Made by a program: the position numbers and the translations under genes. Below, piece after piece: positions 25,230-35,599 of a stretch of 64,000 nucleotides of DNA (within the stretch, counting starts at the first letter, position 1; each line of letters starts with the position of its first letter). A model generated the notes under the pieces. The model had not been told where the DNA came from and searched no databases. It saw only the letters and a list, made by a program, of their open reading frames with translations. Source of the DNA: Chlorokybus atmophyticus (taxonomy: Eukaryota > Plantae > Mesostigma and Chlorokybus algae); NCBI GenBank assembly GCA_009103225.1, contig RHPI01000273.1, positions 1 through 64,000 of the forward strand. Reading direction: 5' to 3'.

Positions 25230-27723
25230 ACCGAACCGGTGTTCAGAATACAGTACCGCCTCTCCAAGCTAGAAGAAGACTTGATGGAACTGAGGTGCAA
25301 GGCGCTGCTAGATGCAGGCCTGATCGAGGAGTCCACATCGGACTTTGCGGCCGCGACCGTCATGCCCCTGAAGAAAGATTCAGCAAGCAACTGGACAGAC
25401 CGGCGCATGTGTGGCGACTATCGCCCCCTCAACAACAAGATCAAGCAGGACAGGTATCCAATGCCTACCGCAGAAGGCATCTTTGACGATGTAGGAGACT
25501 GTACGGTCTTTAGTATCCTGGATATGCGCCAACGGTACAACCAGATTGCCATCAAGGAGGAGGACAAGCACAAGACTTCCTTCTGGGGAAACCGGCAGCT
25601 GTACCAGTGGACGGTCATGCCCTTCGGACTGAAGAACGCTCCGGCCAAGTTCCAGCGCGTCATGGACAAAGCCCTCAAGGGGTTGGACTGCGCACGCTGC
25701 TACATCGACGACATCCTCATCTTCAATCACAGCAATGAGGAGCATCTCCAGCACGTCGAAGAGGTGCTACAGAGGCTGAAGGAAGTCGGGATGACGGTGC
25801 ACCCTGACAAGTGCACCTTCTTCACCCACAAGGTACCCTACCTAGGACACATGATTGTGCCCCATGGTGTGTACGTACAGCAGGCCAAAGTCGAGGCACT
25901 GGTGGCTATCCCTGCCCCCACAGACCTCACGCGGCTGCGGGCCTTCCTCGGCCTGGCCAACTATTACCGCCGGTTTGTCAAGGACTTTGCCAAGATCGCA
26001 AGGCCTCTCAATGAACTACTAAAGAAGGACACCGAGTTCCTGTGGAAGGAGGCGCAACAGGAGGCCTTTCAGGAGCTGAAGCTCCGCCTCACCACAGCTC
26101 CCATTCTGCAACGCCCTGACTACACCAGGTCGTTCATCAAGCACACAGACTGGAGCAAGCTCGGCATGGGGGCCGTGCTTGTACAGCACGACAACAACAA
26201 GAAGGAGCGCGTAGTGTCGTACGCCAGCCGCAGCAACAACAGGGCTGAGGCCAACTACAGCAGCTACGAAGGGGAGTGTCTCGCCGCAGTGGGGCCATCT
26301 CCTTCTTCCGACCCTTCCTGTTTGGACGGCAGTTCCAACTGGTCACTGACCATCAACCCCTTAAGTGGCTAATGAACAACCAGCACTTAACAGAAAAGTT
26401 AGCACGATGGGCGCTGCTGCTCCAGGAGTACAACGTTGAGGTGGAACACCGCGCAGGCCTTGCCAACCAGGATGCGGATGGCCTCAGCCGTAACCCCAAC
26501 CTCAGCACCAACGACGCCACAGGCGCCCGACATGAGTTGGGTCCTACAGCTGCACCTTCAGGTGTGGCCACCATGTTTGCTGTCGCTGCGCTACGCTCAG
26601 GACGCAGGACTCAGATCGCTGAGGCAGCAGCAGACGGGGACATGCCCGCTCTCGAGCCCGCCATCACCACCACAGATCCTTTATCCGAAGAAGCGATCGC
26701 TGCCGACCCTAAGGTGGATGATGAGGAGCTGGCACCCACCGACACACGACAAGACATCTGGCTGGACGAGCCATCCCTCGCACTGCTTCAGACTGGACAG
26801 CTTCCAGCAGGCATGAGCGCACGCGAGAAGGACCGCGTCCGGCAACGCACTCATCGTTACCGCTGGGCCAACGACAGGCTGTATCGACGGATACAAGATG
26901 CAGATCAGGAGGTCCCCACACCAGCTGCACGTGAAGGCATCATCTCCTCCCTTCACACCGAGCTCGGGCACTTCGGTGTCAAGCGCACGGTCAGCCTGGT
27001 CAGGACCCAGTACTGGTGGTATGGGGTGCACAGACAGGTGCGGGAGTTCGTCAGCAACTGCCAGCAGTGTGACATGGTTCGCGCCAGCCTCAACACGCGC
27101 AACGCCACCTTGCATCCCCTTCCCATTTTCGGGTTCTACCGCTAGGGACTGGACATCCTCGGAGACCTAGCGCCCTCAGCGCGAGGCAACCGCTACATCC
27201 TCGTCATGATCGAGCACTTCTCCAAGTGGGTGGAGCTGGTGCCCCTGCCCGACAAGAGCAGTGAGGGAGTAGCCCAGGCTTTCCTCTCCCATGTACTCGG
27301 ACGCTTCGGCAGCTGCGCTGAAGTCCTCACCGACCAGGGTACGGAGTTCAGAGGAGCCTTCGACAAGCTTATCGACAGATGCTTCATCGACCACCGTCGC
27401 ACCTCATGCGACCACCCGCAGGCTGACGGCCTCGCCGAGCGTACCGTGCAGACCATCAAGAAGGCACTGCGCAAGTACGTCCTCGCCTACGAGAAAGATA
27501 CCTGGGATGATCACCTCCCATGGGTAGCAATGGGCTACCGGCTGTTCAAGCAGGCAGCCCTGCGAAAGTACAGCCCATGTTATCTACTGTTCGGAAGGCA
27601 GCCATTGCTCCCTTTCCGCGTACAACAGGAGGTCGACAGAGTGGTGGACAATCTCGACAACCCCGACGAGATGTTGTATGATCTGACAGTGCGCTGTTCA
27701 AACACACAGTCCCCATGGCCTTC
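25230..27723 (+). CDS. pol: Gypsy RT, RNase H and integrase (N-terminal and core)
   Basis: RMCGDYRPLN, LDMR, VMPFGLKNAPAKFQRVM, YIDD (25701), HTDWS...ASR...EGECLA, LVTDHQPL, HTELGH...CQQC, LDI...TDQGTEF...QADGLAER. Frameshift near 26290 and TAG at 27143. Confidence 0.95.
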
Positions 27724-28432
27724 TGTTGGAGATATTCCTACATCCGGTCAGCCTGCCCTGCATACAAGAGAGAAGAGAAGGGACCTCGATGGGAGGACCT
27801 CGAAGACTCCGGACATGAAGGTCCTGGCGCGGACTGCAGAGAAGGGTCCTAGGAGAATCGTCATATCTCCTAGGATACTCAGTCTTATAGGACGTGGCAT
27901 AGCTTGTTACAAAGCTTATCAAGTTAGCTACGTGGCACATCTTACAGCGTAGGATATGGTTCAGTATATCGGACGCTGTTGCATGTAGACCAGCAGTGTG
28001 TACAAACTGTGTACTGACTGGCGGGTATATAACCCCGCGGTCTGTTGGCAATAAATCGGGAAGTGTGTTGCCTTCTCCTGTGTGTCATTGCTTGCCCTCT
28101 TCACTTGCATGCTTGCTTCTCAACAGGTTATGGGCCCACACTACGCGTGAAGAGTGTGAGAAAGAGATTGAAAGCAAAGTGAAGAAAAGTGACAAAGTGC
28201 ATTGAAGTGAAGATCGAAGTCACTCAAGACTTAAGAGCGAAGAGAAGACTGAAGGCGCTGAAGAGTGAAGTGAAGACCGAAGTCGTTCAAGACCGAAGTC
28301 ATTAAAGTCACTCAAGAGTGAAGTGTAGATTAAAGTTACTGAAGTCAACAAAGTCACTCAAATCACAACACGTGAAGATTATCAAAGCAAGTCTCAAGTG
28401 CTAACTGCAAGAAGAAAGCAGGCGCGGCAAAG

Positions 28433-31400
28433 ATGGAGGTAAGCTACGATAAAGGGCTGATCACAAAGCTGGACACAAACAACTACAGCACTTGGTGCGT
28501 AGAAATGAAGGCACTACTTATCCACAAGAAGATGTGGAAGTATGTTGACCCGAAGGCATCTGCACCAAGAGCAGGAGAAGAAAGCATCTGGCTTGAACAC
28601 TCAGTTGAAGCACATTCCTTGATGGTGCTTAACTGCAAGCCACATCACTTTCCCATGCTCACAGCATGTGAAGATGGCAGACAAGCTTGGGAGAAGCTTG
28701 CAGCCGTATTTCAAGCCAAGAACAACGCCAGAAAGATGCAATTACGCAAGCAGCTAAGCGCGCTTCATAAAGAGACGGCCGAGCCGGTCACAAAGTATGT
28801 TGCACGTGCGAGAGAGCTGTGGGCGGACCTCATCAACATCGGCCACAAGATGGAAGAGACGGAGGTCGTATTGACGATTGTTTCAGGACTGCCATTAGAG
28901 TACGAAGTTGTCGCTACTGTTGAGAAGCAAGCATGCAAGTGAAGAGGGCAAGCAATGACACACAGGAGAAGGCAACACACTTCCCGATTTATTACCAACA
29001 GACCGCGGGGTTATATACCCGCCAGTCAGTACACAGTTTGTACACACTGCTGGTCTACATGCAACAGCGTCCGATATACTGAACCGACAATATCCTACGC
29101 TGTAAGATGTGCCACGTAGCTAACGTGATAAGCTTTGTAACAAGCTATGCCACGTCCTATAAGACTGAGTATCCTAGGAGATATGACGATTCTCCTAGGA
29201 CCCTTCTCTGCAGTCCGCGCCAAGACCTTCATGTCCGGAGTCTTCGAGGTCCTCCCATCGAGGTCCCTTCTCTTCTCTCTTGTATGCAGGGCAGGCTGAC
29301 CGGATGTAGGAATATCTTCAACAGCTACTCTGCTCGAGACATCGTCATCGGAGCTAACCCTAGACGATGTGCTACCCAAGTTGCTCACTGTGGAGCAACG
29401 CGTCTCAAAGAAGGAAGAGCAAGCGGACTCTGTGGCCTTCTACACACGAGACAAATACAAGAAATTAAGCAACTATGAAGACAAGAACAAGGCGAAAGGC
29501 AGCAACTCAAAGTTCAAAAATCTCACATGCCACTATTGTGGTATTAAAGGACATATCTCAAAGGATTGTCGTAAGCGCCAACGAGAGCAATCTGAAGCAG
29601 GCACCAGTAGCGACGCTCAACGCAAAGAAAAGAGTGTTGCATTTACTGCCTCAAGGAAGTTTGATACAACTTCATGGGCAATTAACTCAGGCTGTGACCA
29701 GCATCTCACACCGCACAAGGAGGTGATGGAGAACTACAGGAAGATGTCAACCACAAGGAAGGTGGAAGGCTTTAGTGGTCACGAGTTGGAAGCAATAGGA
29801 GTTGGTGAAGTGAGGCTTCAATGCAAGATTGGTGATGGTGAGAGAGAGGTGGTACTGCGTGAAGTATTGCACGTACCTGGAGCTGCTGCAAGCTTGTTTT
29901 CTGTGAGAGTTGCTGAGCGCGTGGGAGCTGAGATAGTGATCCGGGAGGGACGCTGCTCCGTACGCATGGATGGGGTCGAGTACATGGTCGGCACCCAACG
30001 AGGAGGGCTCTACATTGTGGAGCAGACTCATGGCAGCAAGGCCATGATTGTGAAGGAGAAGGAGACGGCTGAGCTTTGGCATCGAAGGTTCGGGCATTTG
30101 GGCTACAGCAACCTCACACGCCTGGTCGCTGAAAACATGGTGAAGGGCATTACTGGGAGCAAGGAAGATTTTCAAGCGTCTTCAACTACGCTCTGTGAAC
30201 CCTGTGTGTTGGCCAAGCAGCATCGCATGCCGTTCTCATCGTCTTCTTCAAGTAGCAAACATCCCTGCGAGCTTGTGCACATGGACGTTTGCGGGCCTAT
30301 GCGCATTGTGGCGAAAGGAGGGGTAAGGTACTTTGCAACATTCCTCGACGACTACAGCAAGCTTTCCATCGTCTTCCCTTTGATTCAAAAGTCAGAAGTC
30401 GCTGGAGCTGTGCGTACAGTCATTGCATTGCTTGAGATTCAATCGGGCAAGAAGATGAAAGCAATGAGAAGTGATCGAGGAGGGGAGTACATCAACGCCC
30501 AGCTCAAAGAGTTCTTCGCCAGCAAAGGCATACGGCATGAGACAACAGCACCATACACTCCGCAGTAGAATGGAGCAGCTGAACGTCTCAACCGAACGTT
30601 GTTGGAGCGTGTTCGAGCCATGCTCAATGACACCAAGTTGGAGGACAGTTTGTGGAAAGAGGCCGTTCTCACTGCCAACTACATCCGCAACCGTTCACCG
30701 ATAAGCTCTGAGCAAAAGACTCCGTGGGAGCTCTTTTACGGTGAAGCGCCAGATGTGAGTGGCATGCGTGTGTTCGGATGTGTGGCATATGCACTTGTGC
30801 CAAGTCAATTGCGACACAAGTTGGAGCCGGTCAGCAAGAAGGGCATCTTCGTTGGCTACGAACCAGGCTCAAAGGCGTACAAGGTCCTACTGGAGGACAC
30901 GCGCAAGATTGTGGTGAGCAGAGAAGTCGTGTTCCACGAAGGCTCATCACAAGTTGAAGCTGAAGAAGGTTTCTACCCTCAAGATGAAGATGACAAAGCA
31001 CAACCTGAAGAGCTTTCAAGCAGAGAAGAGGTTGAAGGCGAGGCATCAGTCATCAATAAAGAGCAGGGCTCATCTGTAGCAGACGAGAAGCAGAAGCAGC
31101 AGGAGCAAGCTCGACGCTACCCAGTGAGGGAAAGACAAGCACCTGACTTCTACAAGGCACACATCGCTAGTGTGCACAATGACGAGAGTGAAGAACCAAG
31201 CACCTACGAGGAGGCATTGCGAGCACCAGATGCAGAACAATGGCAGCGAGCTATGGATGATGAGATTGCATCACTCCATGCCAACAACACATGGGTGTTG
31301 GAGAAGCCCCCGCAAGGTGTGAAGCCCATTCCGGTCAAGTGGGTGTTCAAGGTGAAGCGTGATGGTCAAGGCAACATCGAGCGCTACAAGGCAAGGTTGG

Positions 31401-32725
31401 TGGCAAAGGGATTTTTGCAACAAGAAGGTGTGGATTTCAATGAAGTGTTTGCACCTGCAAGTAAGCATGCAACCTTCCGCACATTGATCGCCATGGTTGC
31501 TGCTGAAGACCTCGAGTGTCACCACCTTGATGTGAAGACTGCTTTCCTTTACGGAGAGCTGGAGGAAGAGATCTACACCAAGCAACCACCAGGCTACGCA
31601 GAAGGGGAGCCAGGCATGGCTTGCAAGTTGATCAAGGCTTTGTATGGGCTGCGACAAGCACCACGTGTGTGGCACATTCGCCTCACGAAAGAGTTGGAGA
31701 AACTCGGCTACAAAGCATCCTCAGCGGATCCGGGGCTCTTCATCCATGAAGAAAAGAAGGTTTACTTGCTCGTGTATGTGGACGACATCATTGTCACGGC
31801 CAAGCGAGTTGAAGACCTAAAGGAGACAAAAAACGGACTACAGCAAGCATTCGCAGTACGCGACCTTGGAGAGGTCAAGTTATTTCTTGGCATGGTGATA
31901 GAGCGTGACAGAGCAGCACGCACAATCAAGATCAGCCAAGAGCAGATGGTGAAGCAACTTGTCACCAAGTTCGGACTCAACGAAGCAAAGACCAAGTCTA
32001 CTCCATTGGCACTCGGCACCAACCTCGTCAAAGCGAAAGATGAGGAAGTACTCGACAAGGCTCAGTATCCCTATGGTGAGCTTGTTGGGAGTATGCTCTA
32101 CCTAGCAGTGTGCACAAGACCCGACATCGCACATGCAGTTGGAGTGCTTGCGCGCTACATGTCTNCACCAAGCATGGAGCACTGGCGTGCAACGAAGGGA
32201 GTATTGCGCTACGTGGCTGGAAGCGCAAGTGTTGGCATCAAGTTTGGTTGCGGAAGCACAGAGATGGAGGGCTATTGCGACGCAGACTTTGCAGGTGACC
32301 TCGATAGCAGGAGGTCCACCACGGCGTACGTCTTCAAGTTGAATGGAGGCGTGGTGAGCTGGAACAGTAGGCTGCAACCCACAACAGCTGCATCTACTTC
32401 GGAAGCGGAGTACATGGCAGCATCGGCTGCAGTAAAGGAGGCGTTATGGCTTCGCAAGCTGATGGCAGATCTGGAGCACCCGATGGCGTGCATCACGATC
32501 AACTGCGACAACCAAGGTGCCATTAAGTTGCTGAAGCACCCCATCGCCTCGACAAGGACAAAGCACATTGATATCATGTATCACTTTGTGCGAGACAGAG
32601 TCACACGCAAGGAGGTTGAGTTCCAATATTGCAATACGGAAGACATGCTCGCGGACTTCATGACGAAGCCACTGTCACCGCTGAAGTTCAAGGCATGTTG
32701 CAAGGGACTCGGCATATGTGCTTAG
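28433..32725 (+). CDS. gag-pol: Copia gag-pol (gag, CCHC, protease, integrase, RT, RNase H), disrupted by a solo LTR and one stop
   Basis: KLDTNNYSTW, CHYCGIKGHISKDC, WAINSGC, LWHRRFGH..CEPC, LVHMDVCGP..SDRGGEY..TPQ*NGAAER (TAG at 30566), RYKARLVAKGF, LYGLRQAPR, YVDD, YCDADFAG, DMLADFMTK. Confidence 0.95.
28918..29323 (-). mobile_element. Solo LTR of the same copia family inserted antisense into its own gag
   Basis: Near-identical reverse complement of the 27724 LTR, with 5-bp TSD GCTAC (28913-28917, 29324-29328). Removing 411 bp restores the reading VVATLLETSSSELTLDDVLPKLL in frame. Confidence 0.96.
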
Positions 32726-33175
32726 GTGAAAGAAGACCAAGCGTTGGAGGCCAAGCTGCCCGCGTGGGAGTGTTGAAGATATTCCTACATCCGGTCAGCC
32801 TGCCCTGCATACAAGAGAGAAGAGAAGGGACCTCGATGGGAGGACCTCGAAGACTCCGGACATGAAGGTCCTGGCGCGGACTGCAGAGAAGGGTCCTAGG
32901 AGAATCGTCATATCTCCTAGGATACTCAGTCTTATAGGACGTGGCATAGCATGTTACAAAGCTTATCAAGTTAGCTACGTGGCACATCTTACAGCGTAGG
33001 ATATGGTTCAGTATATCGGACGCTGTTGCATGTAGACCAGCAGTGTGTACAAACCGTGTACTGACTGGCGGGTATATAACCCCGCGGTCTGTTGGTAATA
33101 AATCGGGAAGTGTATTGCCTTCTCCTGTGTCATTGCTTGCCCTCTTCACTTGCATGCTTGCTTCTCAACACCTTC

Positions 33176-33658
33176 AACAACCTGCGCATCGCGCAGCACC
33201 GCGACACGCTGCGTTACGAGCGTGTGCGCAGTGGTTTCTACAAGGAGCGGGAGCGCCGCTTCGAGTCAGGAGACTTCGTCTACCGTATGGCGTCTACACG
33301 CGACACCCTCGATACCTCTGTCGGGCGTGCTGTCTACAAGGTATTGAAGGTGCACCCCACAGGGGTACTGGACCTGCTGGGACAACGAGGCGAGCGCATG
33401 AAGGACAACATGGTCAACTGCGCGCCCTGTCATCTCCCCTACATTGCTGGCTTCACCAAGATCCAGCACCCGCGTCCGCTACGCAGCACCCGATGCGAGA
33501 AGTGTGGCAGCGCCGACGACGACCCATTGATGATGTTATGCGACGGCTGTAATCAAAGCATGCACTGCTACTGCCTTGACCCTCCACTGGATGCAGTACC
33601 TTTGTGGGAGTACTGGTGCGATGACTGCCGCATCAACGGTCCCCCACACAGTCGGTAG
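33176..33658 (+). CDS. Gypsy integrase C-terminal region ending in an intact PHD finger
   Basis: Across the TSD it reads PMAF|NNLRIAQHRDTLRY. It ends with CEKC...LMMLCDGCNQSMHCYCLDPPLDAVPLWEYWCDDC (C4HC3). Confidence 0.92.
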   Translation, partial: NNLRIAQHRDTLRYERVRSGFYKERERRFESGDFVYRMASTRDTLDTSVGRAVYKVLKVHPTGVLDLLGQRGERMKDNMVNCAPCHLPYIAGFTKIQHPRPLRSTRCEKCGSADDDPLMMLCDGCNQSMHCYCLDPPLDAVPLWEYWCDDCRINGPPHSR

Positions 33659-33704
33659 GAACTGAGTTTTGGAACAGAGGGCTACCCCAGATTCTCAGGG
33701 GGGG

Positions 33705-33943
33705 TGGCTTGTTGACTGTGTGCACTACGACACAGTCTGTACACAAAGGTGGCGAGCGGCATCGGCTCGTCCACTGCACTGAACACCGCGTAGGCTCATC
33801 TTCAAGCCTATGCCCACGATTGGGGGGTTGTCTTTTGCTTGCATGACTCCAATGCAATGCACGGCACTAGCATGCGTGCAGCACTAGCACTCCTCCGCAG
33901 CCTGTCCGAGACAAGGTTGCCCTCGACCATGGCAGGCACGACA
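33705..33943 (+). repeat. Gypsy repeat B1 (239 bp), immediately after the polypurine tract
   Basis: Preceded by AGGGGGGG (33697-33704). Matches 34597-34835 with about 2 differences. Ends GGCACGACA, then GC, then A2. Confidence 0.95.
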
Positions 33944-33945
33944 GC

Positions 33946-34835
33946 TGTCATGCCATCTACCCTCGCATGCCAGTCCTTCTCGAGCATGCCTACACCCAGC
34001 CCCGCGCCCGGGCTACCAGCATGAAGACCGCGCGAGCCCCAGCCTACTGCTAGCTACTGTACCTCTCATGTAGCATGTAGCTAGGGCTACTTTATAGACC
34101 TGTCTGTAGGGACCGCGCGTAGCTGATCAGTTGTAAGTCTGTTAAATAACACATGTGCTATATCGAGTCTTAGGGGATTTCCGAAATAGCATGAGGCCTC
34201 GATGTGACCGTTGGCCTAGTGCCCGCGTGGCACTGCACAGTCGTAATTTGCCATGTATAAGTAGGAAGTCACGTCACCAGACTGGCTGATGACACTGTAA
34301 GTGAGTACTGTGAGTACTAGGAGTACTAAAAAGTAAAGACTCTGTTTCTAAAGAGCTTGTGAAGCGACTTGAACTGGAAGCACGCTGTCCCGGTTGCCAA
34401 GAATTCCCTTACTGCGTGAGACACGGTGCATGCTCTTGTGCGCTGTGCCTGTCATTGCTGTGAGCTTGGCGGTGGTGTGTTGTCTCTGTAGTCAGGGTGT
34501 TGTATCCACGTGTTGCACACTCATTCACCTCACTTAACAGTGTATAATTCTATCCACTCATGCAAAGAACTGTGTCCACAGCACTACCTATCGAAGTGGC
34601 TTGTTGACTGTGTGCACTACGACACAGTCTGTACACAAAGGTGGCGAGCGGCATCGGCTCGTCCACTGCACTGAACACCGCGTAGGCTCATCTTCAAGCC
34701 TATGCCCACGATTGGGGGGGTGTCTTTTGCTTGCATGACTCCAATGCAATGCACGGCACTAGCATGCGTGCAGCACTAGCACTCCTCCGCAGCCTGTCCA
34801 AGACAAGGTTGCCCTCGACCATGGCAGGCACGACA
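33946..34835 (+). repeat. Gypsy repeats A2 (33946-34596) + B2 (34597-34835)
   Basis: Direct copies of A1 and B1, ending in CA followed by TSD GAGG. Confidence 0.95.
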
Positions 34836-34839
34836 GAGG

Positions 34840-35340
34840 CCTGCAGCCACGCTACATGTATCACATGGACTGCGCCCCCCAACAAAATTGCTCTTGCAAG
34901 GAAATGCATGTGACCGTTGAGTGTACCTCTGCATTCCTTTGCGCTTGTTCCCACAATCGCAATTGGTCCCGCATGGTTTTGTTTAGGGGCTCCAAGGATT
35001 GCTCCACTCCTTGTTGCAGAAAGCGAGCTACCAAATAGCTCTGTGTGAAGATGGTCCTTAATGGCTTGCCTGCTGGTTTGTCCAATGTTGGTGATGCATG
35101 TTGGACAGCCCCATTGCTGACGCCTGCCATGATCCATGACGTGGCGCCTGGTATTAGATGGCTTTGCTGCTTGAACTCTTACGACCACAACTTCTCGCAA
35201 GATGTGCCACGCCGCCGCCGCCTCCTACTCTTGGTCCTCCGCCTCCTAGTTGAACCCAGGTCCACTATGCCAGACATTCGAATCGTCATTGACCTGATGC
35301 CCCTGCGCGCCATCAACCGGCCAGCAATGAAGCTGTTTGG
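34840..35340 (-). pseudogene. 5' part of the unknown gene split by the gypsy
   Basis: Exon ...SYLVARFLQQGVEQSLEPLNKTMRDQLRLWEQAQRNAE, then an 86-bp GT-AG intron (34926-34841), then an exon that continues at 18310. Confidence 0.45.
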
Positions 35341-35382
35341 GTGAGTGCACGCTAACTCCCATTGGGGCTGCTCGAGCAATGC

Positions 35383-35412
35383 CTCTGTCGTACCATGCAT
35401 GGTACGACAGAG
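35383..35412. promoter_or_regulatory. Perfect 30-bp palindrome with GTAC cores in a putative bidirectional promoter
   Basis: CTCTGTCGTACCATGCATGGTACGACAGAG is its own reverse complement. Further GTCGTACCAT copies lie at ~35455 and ~35529. Confidence 0.5.
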
Positions 35413-35599
35413 CCATAATATGCCAATGGCTGGGTTGGACAAGAGATGCCTTTGTCGTACCATTAATGTTACGCCTAAGCCATTGTTACCCTTGGTTGTA
35501 CGAAGCATGGATGGTATGAATGCATAAGTCGTACCATCAACCATAGCAGAAGGACGCACTACAAGTGCGACTCCAATGCGGGACACTAGACGCAAAACC

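Larger units (their letters stand above)
27724..33170 (+). mobile_element. Ty1/copia LTR retrotransposon inserted in the gypsy integrase
   Basis: LTRs 27724-28125 and 32771-33170 (TG...CA, about 5 substitutions plus a 2-nt indel), 5-bp TSD CCTTC, PBS GGTTATGGGCCCA at 28126, purine tract before 32771. Confidence 0.97.
18315..34835 (+). mobile_element. Ty3/gypsy retrotransposon with split direct repeats, carrying DNMT3-like and PHD domains; contains a nested copia
   Basis: Termini TGTCATGCC...GGCACGACA (8/9 inverted), 4-bp TSD GAGG at 18311-18314 and 34836-34839, and domain order gag-PR-DNMT-RT-RH-INT-PHD. Confidence 0.93.

Noticed and set aside
18315-34835. DIRS/Ngaro tyrosine-recombinase element, suggested by the split direct repeats
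   Set aside because: It encodes a retropepsin and a gypsy-type DDE integrase, has TG...CA ends and a 4-bp TSD, and I saw no R-H-R-Y recombinase motifs.
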